From the NCBI GenBank assembly GCA_902796805.1, contig CADBQG010000003.1:20131-84130 (forward strand): a DNA stretch of 64,000 nucleotides. Direction: 5' to 3'. Made by a program: the position numbers and the translations under genes. Of this stretch, positions 29,435-39,573 are shown one piece after another; positions within the stretch are counted from its first letter, which is position 1; every line of letters begins with the position of its first letter. Below the pieces are notes generated by a model, which saw only the letters and a list, made by a program, of their open reading frames with translations, was not told where the DNA came from and ran no database searches. This stretch comes from an uncultured Bacteroidota bacterium. GTDB lineage: Bacteria; Bacteroidota; Bacteroidia; Bacteroidales; WCHB1-69.

Positions 29435-32400
29435 ATGAAAAGTATTAAACAAATTTTCTGCTTGACACTTCTGACGGTGCTGCTGGCCTCCGGCTCGCTG
29501 CACGCCGAAAAGGTAAAGGGAGTGGTTAAACGTTCTTCCTCATCGAAGCCCGCAGAATCAGCTACTTGTCTTCCGGCAACGAGTTCCAACGAGCTTACGG
29601 TGAACAATGTGCGCGCCTACATAGAGACAGGCGGTACGATGTGGTTCAAGGAAGTTTCAGAATACGAGGTTCCCAAAGGATCTGGAAAGACTTCCATGTT
29701 CTCATCAGGTCTTTGGATCGGCGGTCTGGACGTGAACGGCCAGCTCAAGCTCGCTGCTGTGCGTTTCAGGCAGTTGGGTGACGACTACTGGACTGGCCCG
29801 CTCAAGATCACCGGCGCCAGCACCACGCAGTCCACATGTATCAAATTCGACAAGCTTTTCAAGATCACGCGTGCCGAGGTTGACGACCACATTTCGAGTT
29901 ACAACACCTCAGGATACGTTATGCCGTCGAGCATCGCCAACTGGCCAGCCCACGGCGACGAGGGCTATTCATACTATCTCGCTCCTTTCAAGGATGTGAA
30001 TGAGAACGGTGTGTATGACCCCGAAAACGGCGACTATCCGTACTATGATGTGAACAACGACCTCTGTCCGTGGACGGAGCAGAACATCGCGTTGGCCGCG
30101 AAGCACGAGCTGCCGAGAACCCCTGAGGACATCCTCTACTACGGCGACAACTGGCAGAACTCCAACGGTATGATCTATTCAGACCATGTGCTCAAAGGCG
30201 ACGAGACACTTTTCTGGATATTCAACGACAACGCCGGTCCGCACACCGAATCGAAAGGCCCCGCCATCGGCCTTGAAATCCGCGGCCAGGCTTTTGGTTT
30301 TTCTACAAACGACGAGTTGAACAACATGACTTTCTACTCATACGAAATCATCAACCGTTCTACTTACACCCTTACCAACACCTATTTCTCACAGTGGACT
30401 GACCCTGACCTCGGTTTTGCAGAGGACGACTTTGTAGGCTGTGACGTTTCAAGAGGTTTGGGATACTGCTACAACGGCTCCAACGTTGACGGTTCCGGCC
30501 AAAGCTGGGCTTACGGAGATCAGCCGCCTGCAGTTGGTGTGGACTTCTTCCAGGGACCGTATATGGACCCGGATGGTCGCGACAACCCGAAATTCTACCA
30601 GGACAGCGCGATTTATGAAGACTATTGTAAGAAATTCGTCGGCAACACCGTTAACCCGGCCGACCAGATGGCCATCAACGGTGTGAACTTCGGCGACAGC
30701 ATCGTTGACAACGAGCGTTTCGGTATGAGAAGGTTCGTGTTCCACAACAACTCGAGCGGTCCTGTAGGCGACCCGAGCGTTGCTTTTGAGTACTATAACC
30801 TGTTGCAGGGTATATGGAAGGACAACACCAAGATGCGTTTCGGCGGCAACGCCCATGCGTCTAACGGTGGTAACGGCCCCGCCTGCGACTTCATGTTCCC
30901 GGGTCTTTCGGATCCGTGTAACTGGGGAACCCAGGGCGAGACTCCTCCTGCAATCCCGGGTAACCAGGGATGGACTGAACAGGCTGTGGGCAACGCGCCC
31001 GCCGACCGTCGTATAATGCAGTCAGCCGGCCCGTTCACCTTGAAACCCGGTTCCGTCAACTACATCACAGTGGGTATTCCATGGGCACGTGCCGCTCAGG
31101 GTGGCGCCATGGCTTCTGTAGAGCTCCTCAAACGCGCCGACGACAAGTGCCAGCTTCTGTTCGAGAACTGCTTCAAGACACTCGACGGCCCCGACGCTCC
31201 GGATGTAACTATCCGTGAGCTCGAGAACGAGTTGATACTCTACATCTCGAACAACAACCCGAGAAGAAACAACTATCATGAGACATATTCTGAGATCGAC
31301 CCGAGAATCCCGAGAACTGTTGAGTCAACAAAGCTTGTTGAACTTCAGGATTCAGTGATGGCCTACACAGCCGACGCACGCGATACAGTCATCTATACAA
31401 CAAAGTATGAAACTGTAACAACCATTGACACTCTTTCAACAAAAGACCGTTCATACGTTTTCGAAGGTTATCAGATTTACCAATTGAAGAGCGCTTCAGT
31501 AAGTGTTACCGACCTTGACGACGCCAACAAGGCACGTCTCGTTGCGCAGTGCGACATCCAAAACGACGCCAAGCAGCTTATCAACTGGATTTACAACGAC
31601 GCTCTCGGCACCTCAGTTGCCACAGAGATGGTTAACGGTGCAAATGCCGGCATATCCCACTCATTCAGAATCACAGAAGACAAGTTTGCAACCGGTACTA
31701 ACCCGCAGCTTGTGAACCATAAGGAGTACTACTTCTTAGTTATTGCCTACGGTTACAACCAATACAAGAAATTCAGTCTTGACGCCGACAACCTCGACGG
31801 CCAGACGACAACCTATCTTGCAGGTCGCCGCAACATCGAAGTTGCAGTGGGTATTCCTCACAAGCCGGTTGAGAGCATCCTCAATTCAAAATACGGCGAC
31901 GTGCCTATGATTACCCGTATCGAAGGTCAGGGCAACGGCGGCTTCTACCTCGATATGACCGACGAGTCGCGCGAGAAGATTCTTGCAAACAATGTTTACA
32001 ACAACATCCAGTACAAGAACAACTACGGTCCGCTTAACATCCAGGTTGTTGACCCGTTGAAGGTTAAGCCTTACGACTACACCATCAAGTTCCTCCCCAA
32101 CGACGTTTCAGAGGATGTAAACGACAGCACAATGTGGCAGTTGACAATCTCCGACGAGGTAACCGACGAGGAGCTGAATGAGATGGGGCTCGAGAGGACA
32201 ATAACAGCCGCTATGCCTATCAGCATGACTAACGAACAGTTGTTCCTCGACTTGGGTATCTCAATATCAATCAAGAACGCCAACTTCAAGGTTTACCAGG
32301 CCAACCTTGACGAGCACATCATGAGCGGTGACGGTTACACGTTCGCTAACACTTCATACTATGCGCAGCCCGACATGCTCGGCTCGGAGATTACGTTCTC

Positions 32401-34144
32401 TGACGACATTCCATGGCTCACCGGCTTGGTTGACAGGGAGGGTGACTATCCTGCAAACTGGATACGTTCAGGCCAGCAAGTTTCGCTTCAGCACTGGCAG
32501 GGAAGCGGCGGTGTACAGGAGGGTGCTTCCGCTGACTACAATCTGTGGCGTTCAGAAGACGCGTTCAACCTCTTCACATATTCTCCTCCTGGAAAGTCTG
32601 CTGAAGTAGTTCGTGGTTTCATGGATCCCAATCAGCAGTTCGAGAACATGGTTTACGGTACTTGGGCTCCTTATCCTCTTTCTTCCCCGTATGACGGAGG
32701 TCCGAAGGCTAAGTATCTTGTTGAAGACAATACAAGGTATCAGAATAACCCGACGTCGGAGCCTCTCAACAACTACTACGATTTCAGGCAAGTTGCCGGC
32801 ATACCGAACCGTGGCGGTTACAACCAGACTCTAACGAACCTCTATTCAGTGGACATAGTGTTGACTCCCGACCAGAGCCTCTGGACACGCGCCTTGGTTC
32901 TCGAGTCAGGTTCTTCAAAGTCAACGGATGATTATTCTGTAACCCAGAACTTCAACGGACAGACTTACAAGAACATACGTCATGAACCTAAGAATTGTCC
33001 TTCAGTGGGCAAGGACGGTCGGCCTGACAACAGCGGAACAACAGGTTTCGGATGGTTCCCGGGATATGCAATCAATGTTGAAACAGGCGAGAGGCTGAAT
33101 ATTATGTTCGCCGAGAACTCAACCGACGAGTTGAACAATGGTAACGACATGATATTCAACCCTACAGATGTCTACGCGTATGCCCGCGACCCAAGGGCTG
33201 ACACTTTCCTGTTGGACGAAGAAGGCAATAAGATTGAACTCTCCGAAACCCAGTTCGATAACTTACGCGATTCATATGGTTTGGTTTATGGTGAGCCTTC
33301 AAACGGCGGACGTCACTATGTATATATCCTTGGAAGCTCTGGCAACACTGCCAACACTTTCTATACATATTCATCGAGAAAGCGTAACTACAATGATTCA
33401 GAATCAAGGGTGTCGGCTCAGGGAGTACAGCATGGCGGCAGGTTCACCGGCAGCAATGGTGTTGAATACCCTTACTATGAGTGCGGTCCATACGATGAGT
33501 GCACTTGGGTGTGCGAGAAGTTCAAAACTTTGGGCAACGAGTACGCCTCAAATCAGCGAAAGTCACGCAAGATGCAGATTTTCAACAATGTGATGTACAC
33601 CAGCATTCCTATGCCTACGCAGATGAACAGAGACAGGTGGCTTGCCTCTGACGCGACCATCAAGTTGCGCGTGTCTCGTCCTTACATGAGATATTCATCG
33701 AGGTGGTATGACAACGTGTCGCAGGCTCCATACGCCGACCAGAACGACGGCTATCCGATGTACAGCTTCACAACCAAGAACGTTTCTCCCGAGAAGATCG
33801 AGAAGGCAGAGGTTGTTGACAACATGTTGCAGGAAATCAACATTGTTCCGAACCCGTACTACGGATTCTCGACCTACGAGCACAACGCTCTTCAGAACTA
33901 CATCCGCATTGTCAACCTTCCTACGAGATGTACAATCTCGATTTACACGGTCAACGGTACGTTGATCAGGACACTGACAAAGGGTACAGACGCCCAGTCG
34001 TTTGTTGAATGGGATTTGAAGAACCATGCCAACATTCCGATTGCCAGCGGTGTTTACATCATACATGTGAAGGCCGACGGTTACGGCGAGCGTACTCTGA
34101 GATTCTTCTGCAATATGCGTCCTACTGACTTGAATGGTTTCTAA
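29435..34144 (+). CDS. Large secreted protein with T9SS/FlgD-Ig-type C-terminal domain, function unknown
   Basis: Signal peptide. C-terminus INIVPNPYY...NLP...IYTVNGTLIR...WDLKN...IASGVYIIHV. Internal Fn3-like segment (FEGYQIYQ...YYFLVIAYG). Confidence 0.85.
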   Translation: MKSIKQIFCLTLLTVLLASGSLHAEKVKGVVKRSSSSKPAESATCLPATSSNELTVNNVRAYIETGGTMWFKEVSEYEVPKGSGKTSMFSSGLWIGGLDVNGQLKLAAVRFRQLGDDYWTGPLKITGASTTQSTCIKFDKLFKITRAEVDDHISSYNTSGYVMPSSIANWPAHGDEGYSYYLAPFKDVNENGVYDPENGDYPYYDVNNDLCPWTEQNIALAAKHELPRTPEDILYYGDNWQNSNGMIYSDHVLKGDETLFWIFNDNAGPHTESKGPAIGLEIRGQAFGFSTNDELNNMTFYSYEIINRSTYTLTNTYFSQWTDPDLGFAEDDFVGCDVSRGLGYCYNGSNVDGSGQSWAYGDQPPAVGVDFFQGPYMDPDGRDNPKFYQDSAIYEDYCKKFVGNTVNPADQMAINGVNFGDSIVDNERFGMRRFVFHNNSSGPVGDPSVAFEYYNLLQGIWKDNTKMRFGGNAHASNGGNGPACDFMFPGLSDPCNWGTQGETPPAIPGNQGWTEQAVGNAPADRRIMQSAGPFTLKPGSVNYITVGIPWARAAQGGAMASVELLKRADDKCQLLFENCFKTLDGPDAPDVTIRELENELILYISNNNPRRNNYHETYSEIDPRIPRTVESTKLVELQDSVMAYTADARDTVIYTTKYETVTTIDTLSTKDRSYVFEGYQIYQLKSASVSVTDLDDANKARLVAQCDIQNDAKQLINWIYNDALGTSVATEMVNGANAGISHSFRITEDKFATGTNPQLVNHKEYYFLVIAYGYNQYKKFSLDADNLDGQTTTYLAGRRNIEVAVGIPHKPVESILNSKYGDVPMITRIEGQGNGGFYLDMTDESREKILANNVYNNIQYKNNYGPLNIQVVDPLKVKPYDYTIKFLPNDVSEDVNDSTMWQLTISDEVTDEELNEMGLERTITAAMPISMTNEQLFLDLGISISIKNANFKVYQANLDEHIMSGDGYTFANTSYYAQPDMLGSEITFSDDIPWLTGLVDREGDYPANWIRSGQQVSLQHWQGSGGVQEGASADYNLWRSEDAFNLFTYSPPGKSAEVVRGFMDPNQQFENMVYGTWAPYPLSSPYDGGPKAKYLVEDNTRYQNNPTSEPLNNYYDFRQVAGIPNRGGYNQTLTNLYSVDIVLTPDQSLWTRALVLESGSSKSTDDYSVTQNFNGQTYKNIRHEPKNCPSVGKDGRPDNSGTTGFGWFPGYAINVETGERLNIMFAENSTDELNNGNDMIFNPTDVYAYARDPRADTFLLDEEGNKIELSETQFDNLRDSYGLVYGEPSNGGRHYVYILGSSGNTANTFYTYSSRKRNYNDSESRVSAQGVQHGGRFTGSNGVEYPYYECGPYDECTWVCEKFKTLGNEYASNQRKSRKMQIFNNVMYTSIPMPTQMNRDRWLASDATIKLRVSRPYMRYSSRWYDNVSQAPYADQNDGYPMYSFTTKNVSPEKIEKAEVVDNMLQEINIVPNPYYGFSTYEHNALQNYIRIVNLPTRCTISIYTVNGTLIRTLTKGTDAQSFVEWDLKNHANIPIASGVYIIHVKADGYGERTLRFFCNMRPTDLNGF

Positions 34145-34171
34145 AATTATTAATCAAAAAAATCAGACAAT

Positions 34172-35353
34172 ATGAAAAATACATATAAAACGTTAATAAT
34201 TTGCACCATCATAGCTCTGTTGTCTGCAAGTGCCATGCCGGCATTTGCAGGTAACAGGGACCGTTCCGGTCAGGCCGGTGCATCTCACTTGCTTATCGAC
34301 CCATGGGCTCGTACAAGCGGTTTGGCCGGTGCAGGTGTTGCCGAAGTACGCGGTTTGGAATCAATATTTTCAAACGTTGCAGGTCTCACGAGTGTCAGGA
34401 AAACGGAGCTTGCATTCAACAGGACACAATATCTTGTGGGTTCCAATTGCGGTATCAGCATCAATTCCATGGCGATTGCACAGAAATTGGGAAAGAAGAA
34501 GGATTTCGGTGTTATAGGCGTATCTTTCTTTTCGCAGAATTTCGGAAATGTAACAATCACCACTCCCGACCAGCCTGAAGGCGGTCTTGGTACGTTCAGC
34601 CCGAGACTTAACTACATTGGTCTTCACTATGCCAAGTCGTTCAACAACTTCATCAAGGGAGGTGTCTCGTTGAAGATTATCACTGAGAGTATCTCCGACT
34701 CGAGGGCAACCGGCTTTGCAATTGATGCAGGTGTTCAGTACATCACAGGCAAGTTCGAGAACTTCAAGATTGGTGTTACATTGAAGAACATCGGTCTTCC
34801 GATGCGTTACAAGGGCGACGGTCTTTCAATCCGCGCGCAGATCCCAAGCCAGGAGTTCGAGCAGACCCTTGAAATGCGCTCGGCAGAATTCGAGATGCCG
34901 TCGTTGCTCTCAATCGGTATATCCTACGACCTTCTGTTCTTCGGAGGCGAATATGCCGACATGACGAGGGATGAACTCGCAGAAGAGGGTTTGACACGCG
35001 ACGACGCGATGCACAGAATCACCTTCGCAGGAGCTTTCACGGCTAACTCCTACACCCGCGACGTCTTCTCCTTGGGCATAGAATACGGTTTCAGGAATCT
35101 GTTCATGATCCGTGCTGGCTACGGACTCGAGAGCGTTGGCAAGGGAGCAGCCGAGATGAACGAGAAAGCTGCGATACTCTTCAACAGCGACTCGTTCTTT
35201 GCAGGCCCCGCAGTAGGTGCCACAGCCGTTGTGCCTTTGACAAAGGAGCGCAAGAACCACACCGTAGGTCCGAGAATCTATTTCGACTATGGCTACAGGT
35301 TCACGAACAAGTGGAGAGGCAACCATTACATGGGTATAAAGGTTACTTTGTAA
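34172..35353 (+). CDS. PorV/PorQ-family outer membrane beta-barrel
   Basis: Signal peptide, GQAGASHLLIDPWAR...G, TTPDQPEG, FAIDAGVQY, GVTLKNIG, and a C-terminal beta strand. Recognised as PorV/FadL-like. Confidence 0.82.
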   Translation: MKNTYKTLIICTIIALLSASAMPAFAGNRDRSGQAGASHLLIDPWARTSGLAGAGVAEVRGLESIFSNVAGLTSVRKTELAFNRTQYLVGSNCGISINSMAIAQKLGKKKDFGVIGVSFFSQNFGNVTITTPDQPEGGLGTFSPRLNYIGLHYAKSFNNFIKGGVSLKIITESISDSRATGFAIDAGVQYITGKFENFKIGVTLKNIGLPMRYKGDGLSIRAQIPSQEFEQTLEMRSAEFEMPSLLSIGISYDLLFFGGEYADMTRDELAEEGLTRDDAMHRITFAGAFTANSYTRDVFSLGIEYGFRNLFMIRAGYGLESVGKGAAEMNEKAAILFNSDSFFAGPAVGATAVVPLTKERKNHTVGPRIYFDYGYRFTNKWRGNHYMGIKVTL

Positions 35354-35387
35354 GAAACTATAATTCTTAAATATTTTAGTCTAATTT

Positions 35388-35418
35388 AATAGAAGAGACT
35401 TTCACAGTCTCTTCTATT
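35388..35418 (+). terminator. Probable intrinsic terminator hairpin
   Basis: Perfect 13-bp stem AATAGAAGAGACT-TTCAC-AGTCTCTTCTATT with a short T tail. Confidence 0.75.
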
Positions 35419-35443
35419 TGTGTAAATAAGTCGATTACTAATT

Positions 35444-35917
35444 ATGGAAGATGTTAAGTATTACACACAGGAAGACTTGGACGCGCTTAAGGCGGAACTC
35501 AACAATTTGGAGTCTGTGGAGCGTCCGAGAATATCGCAGGCGATAGCTGACGCGCGCGACAAGGGCGACCTTTCGGAGAATGCCGAGTACGACGCCGCGA
35601 AGGAGGCCCAGGGGCTTCTTGAACTCAAAATAGCGAAATTAAGGAATCTCATCGCCAAGGCACGCGTGCTCGACGAGTCGAAGATCGACATTTCAAAGGT
35701 GCTGATATATTCAATAGTCAAGATCAAGAACCTTGCCAACAAGATGGAGATGACCTACACAATTGTGCCGGAGTCGGAATCTGACCTTAAGGGCGGCAAG
35801 ATCTCTGTCTCGAGTCCTATTGCAAAAGCCTTGATCGGGAACAAGAAAGGCGACGTAGTGAGTGTTCAGGCCCCTGCGGGTGTCATGGAGTTCGAAATCC
35901 TTGATGTGTCACGTTAA
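35444..35917 (+). CDS. greA: Transcription elongation factor GreA
   Basis: ARDKGDLSENAEYDAAKE, ISVSSPIAKAL. Confidence 0.97.
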   Translation: MEDVKYYTQEDLDALKAELNNLESVERPRISQAIADARDKGDLSENAEYDAAKEAQGLLELKIAKLRNLIAKARVLDESKIDISKVLIYSIVKIKNLANKMEMTYTIVPESESDLKGGKISVSSPIAKALIGNKKGDVVSVQAPAGVMEFEILDVSR

Positions 35918-35927
35918 TTCTGCTAAT

Positions 35928-36329
35928 ATGGAAGAAACAATATTCACCAAGATTGTAAAAGGAGAGATTCCCTGCTATAAGGTTGCCGAAAACGACAAAT
36001 TCCTGGCTTTTCTTGACATATCGCCAGTGGCTAAAGGTCATACTCTGGTAATTACAAAGATTCAGAACGACTATATTTTCGACCTTGAAGACGAACTTCT
36101 TGCCGAAATGTCGGTGTTTTCAAAGAAAGTGGCCAAGGCAATAAGGCAGGTGGTGCCGTGCAAGCGCATAGGTGTGGCTGTTATAGGACTTGACGTACCG
36201 CACAACCATATCCATCTTGTCCCGATAAACGGCGGCGGCGACCTTGACTTCACCGGTCCGCGCGTACAGTTGTCTAAAGACGAATTTGCGGCCCTTGCTG
36301 CCGATATTTCCGGTAAAATAGAGTTGTAG
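35928..36329 (+). CDS. HIT family nucleotide hydrolase
   Basis: TIFTKIVKGEIP, AFLDISP, GHTLV, VPHNHIHLVP. Confidence 0.94.
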   Translation: MEETIFTKIVKGEIPCYKVAENDKFLAFLDISPVAKGHTLVITKIQNDYIFDLEDELLAEMSVFSKKVAKAIRQVVPCKRIGVAVIGLDVPHNHIHLVPINGGGDLDFTGPRVQLSKDEFAALAADISGKIEL

Positions 36330-37754
36330 TTGTTTAGAAGAGTATTTGCCATCGCTTTAGCCTGTCTCGTTTTCAGCGAGACGATTAGCGGCACAAATGT
36401 CTTTTTTGTGTCTCCCGCCGGCAACGACTCCAACGCCGGATCGATTCAGTCGCCGTTTCTCACGCTGCAGAAAGCTTTCGACATGCTTTCTCCGGGAGAC
36501 ACGGTTTTTCTGCGCGATGGTGTTTACAAGGCTGTGGGACATCAGTATGCCAACAATTTCATCAAAGACAAGTCGGGAACAGCCGAAAGTCCTATTGTAT
36601 TGATGGCGTACAATGACGAAACGCCTGTGATTGACGGCTCGGATTTTCCATATTCGGCGACTACGGACCCGAGCATGGCCGTGATACTCATGTGGAACGT
36701 GAGCCATGTAGTAGTTGACGGGCTTGTTGTGAGGAACGGTCCGAGAACCGGAATCCACTTCGTTGGCCAGTGCGAGGATGTTATTGTCAGAAACTGCCTT
36801 GTGGAGGACTGTCTTGGCCCTGGCATAGGAGTTGGAGGTTTCGATGCGCCATATACTCTTTGCAAAAATGTTGTGATTACCCAAAACACAGTTGTAAACT
36901 GTGCCCAGTTGTTCAGAGAAGCCGTTTCGTTGCGCTGGGTTGAGGGTTTCGAGGTTTCGCATAACCGTGTGATGAATGTGGTGAAAGAGTGTATAGATGT
37001 CAAGTCAGGGTGCTCTGACGGCAGAATCTTCAATAACACAATAGTAGAAGGCGGTGATGTAAGCATCTATATAGACGCTGGATTTTCAAACACTTCAGTC
37101 TTGAAAAACATTCATGTGTACGACAATTCGATAGTAAACCCGCATGGCGTCGGCATTGCCATAGCTTCCGAGGAAGGAAACGAAGGGTACGGCATACATG
37201 TATATAACAACCTGATATATGATTACAACGGCGGCCAGGGTGCCGGCATCAAGATTGCAAAAAACAGCGCAAGCGGTAACGACGGCTACATACATGATGT
37301 TTTTGTGTGCAACAACACGGTGTATGGCAGGGGTCAACAGGGTTTTTACGTAAACTTGGGTGGTGTTGCCAACATTGTTTTTCGCAACAACATATCTGTC
37401 AACAATGCCTCACAGATGGCTTTGAACACTGCTAACGGCGTGAATCCGGATGAGGTTGTGATAGAAAACAACCTTTTTTGCGGAGCGGTGTCGTACATAG
37501 GCCTGAACGCTGTTGTAGTTGAGGATGTCGGCGTTGTCTTCGAGAACGCCGGGGCAGGAGATTTCCACTTGAGGGAGAACTCCCCCGCCATAGACGCTGG
37601 CACGTCAGCAACCGCACCGGAAACCGACGCCGAAGGAAGAATGCGCCCTTTTGGCGACGGCTATGACATTGGCTGCTACGAGTTTGTGACGGCATCCCCG
37701 TTGAGGAGCGGGTTGCGCGCACGCACGCTCAAGAACGTGCGCATGAAGTTTTAG
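36330..37754 (+). CDS. Secreted right-handed parallel beta-helix protein (pectin-lyase-like fold)
   Basis: VSPAGNDSNAGS..SPF.TLQKA, PGDTVFLRDGVY, repeated NN-I/V motifs, C-terminal DFHL...SPAIDAG...DIGCYE. TTG start. Confidence 0.85.
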   Translation: MFRRVFAIALACLVFSETISGTNVFFVSPAGNDSNAGSIQSPFLTLQKAFDMLSPGDTVFLRDGVYKAVGHQYANNFIKDKSGTAESPIVLMAYNDETPVIDGSDFPYSATTDPSMAVILMWNVSHVVVDGLVVRNGPRTGIHFVGQCEDVIVRNCLVEDCLGPGIGVGGFDAPYTLCKNVVITQNTVVNCAQLFREAVSLRWVEGFEVSHNRVMNVVKECIDVKSGCSDGRIFNNTIVEGGDVSIYIDAGFSNTSVLKNIHVYDNSIVNPHGVGIAIASEEGNEGYGIHVYNNLIYDYNGGQGAGIKIAKNSASGNDGYIHDVFVCNNTVYGRGQQGFYVNLGGVANIVFRNNISVNNASQMALNTANGVNPDEVVIENNLFCGAVSYIGLNAVVVEDVGVVFENAGAGDFHLRENSPAIDAGTSATAPETDAEGRMRPFGDGYDIGCYEFVTASPLRSGLRARTLKNVRMKF

Positions 37755-37784
37755 CAGTGCTGAATGTTCTATGGGTGGCGGGGA

Positions 37785-38954
37785 TTATCTGTCCACCACC
37801 TTCTTCATCAGGTCTTCAAGAATCTGTGTGGCGTTTGTCCAGTCGTACTTGTTGTGTACGAAAGCGTTGCCGTTTTGCGAAATTTCTTGATAGAATTTTT
37901 CATCGGAGAGAAGTCTGTCAATGGCTTCCACGTACTGCAGTGTCGTGTGGCATTGCAGCACTTCGCCGGGACTGGCATCGAGCGGTTTTGCGGCGAGCGG
38001 CGATGTTACGCAGGGAAGTTTCATTGACATGGCCTCCAGAAGTTTGTTCTGCAGGCCGGTGCCGAGTCGCATGGGAGCTACAAAAACGCGGCATTTTGCG
38101 TAGCAGTCTGACATTGACGGCACCCATCCGGTTACAGTAACATTCTCGTTCTGCAGTGCGCGCACCTTCTGAGCCGGATCCGCCCCGGCAATCATAACCT
38201 TTATGTCGGGGCGCTTTTTCTTCAGTTCCGGAAGAATGCTTTTGCAGAGATAGACGGCGGCATCGACGTTGGGGGCGTAGTTCATGTTTCCGGAAAAGAT
38301 TATGTCGTGGGTTTTAGTGGAGTCTGCGACGGCAAATTTCGAGAAGTCGACACCGTTGGGGACAACCTTGATCTCGTGGTTCATAGGGTGCTTGATTAAG
38401 CGGCTGTCAACTTCTGAAATCATGGTCTTTGCGTCGAAGTCGTCGAAAATGTCAACCTCGTATTTGGCAATTCTGCGGGACTCCATTCTCATAATCTGTT
38501 TCACCGGGAAGAAAGCCCTTTCGGCGCGCCGTTCAAGCCCCATGGAGAAGGCGTCCTGATAGTCAAGGATTTTGCTTGTCTTGCAGTTTCTCACGTATTC
38601 GGCCATTCTGAAAAGCTGGCAGTATATCACATCCGGCTGTACAGAGGCGATGATTCTCTCCAACCTCTTGCGGTTCCTGTTGCTGTAGAAATAGCCGCAT
38701 TGAATCGGTATCCCCTTGAGCAAGGCCCTGAGCATGTTCAGGGCGCTGCGAAAGCGGCTTTGTTTCAGGAAAAGAATCTTCCGGCAATATGGCGAGAGCT
38801 CCGGAAAGGCGTTTTCCGGGATTTTGCCATGGTAGAGCGCGGCTATGTACACGTCGTGCGACTTCGAGAGCTCGCGGATTTGGTAGTAGGCCCTCAACTT
38901 GTCGCCCTTTTCCAAGGGGTACGGTATTCGCGACAGAACCACAAGAATCTTCAT
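37785..38954 (-). CDS. Glycosyltransferase family 4
   Basis: PYPLEKGD, VPNGVD, FSGNMNYAPN, GLQNKLLEAM. Confidence 0.9.
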   Translation of the reverse strand: MKILVVLSRIPYPLEKGDKLRAYYQIRELSKSHDVYIAALYHGKIPENAFPELSPYCRKILFLKQSRFRSALNMLRALLKGIPIQCGYFYSNRNRKRLERIIASVQPDVIYCQLFRMAEYVRNCKTSKILDYQDAFSMGLERRAERAFFPVKQIMRMESRRIAKYEVDIFDDFDAKTMISEVDSRLIKHPMNHEIKVVPNGVDFSKFAVADSTKTHDIIFSGNMNYAPNVDAAVYLCKSILPELKKKRPDIKVMIAGADPAQKVRALQNENVTVTGWVPSMSDCYAKCRVFVAPMRLGTGLQNKLLEAMSMKLPCVTSPLAAKPLDASPGEVLQCHTTLQYVEAIDRLLSDEKFYQEISQNGNAFVHNKYDWTNATQILEDLMKKVVDR

Positions 38955-38985
38955 GTTTGTAAAAGCAAAAAGTCTGCAAAGATAA

Positions 38986-39573
38986 TCATTTCATGTCAAA
39001 CCATTCGGGATGGGCGTGGGGTTTGTCCTCAAGATTGAAACGCCCTTTTTTGTATCCCTGAAGGCCGTTGTATTGCGAAAGTATGTATTCCATGTCTTTC
39101 TCATAGTCGCCGGTGGGTTCAAAAATCGACATTATTCCGCATGTTCTTGTTTTGTAGTCGATGTATCCCAGGCTGATTGGCACGCCGGCCTCCATGGCAA
39201 TCTGGTAGAATCCACGTTTCCATTTGTCGGTGCGCTTGCGCGTCCCTTCCGGACAGATAATGAGAGTGATTCTGTCGCTCTTCTTGATTATGCTGGCCGC
39301 GTAGGAGGTGAAGTTGCGGATGTGCTTGCGGTCAACCGGGATGCCGCCGAGTTTCTTCAGTATGATGTTGAGCGGAAAGACAAAGAACTCCTTCTTGATG
39401 ATGGTGGAGGCGTGCAGGTCATAGTGTTTCATGGCCGAGAGGCCGATAATGAAGTCCATCATTGAGGTGTGCGGTGCCATCATGAGCACGCTTTTCCTCA
39501 CGGTTCCGCCGGGTTTCGGGTAAGGTATGGGCTTCACCCTGTAAATGTATTTGAACAAGAAATCACTTATCAT
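38986..39573 (-). CDS. 1-acyl-sn-glycerol-3-phosphate acyltransferase family
   Basis: PHTSMMD (HX4D), GGIPVDR, PEGTR, WKRGFY. Confidence 0.9.
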   Translation of the reverse strand: MISDFLFKYIYRVKPIPYPKPGGTVRKSVLMMAPHTSMMDFIIGLSAMKHYDLHASTIIKKEFFVFPLNIILKKLGGIPVDRKHIRNFTSYAASIIKKSDRITLIICPEGTRKRTDKWKRGFYQIAMEAGVPISLGYIDYKTRTCGIMSIFEPTGDYEKDMEYILSQYNGLQGYKKGRFNLEDKPHAHPEWFDMK

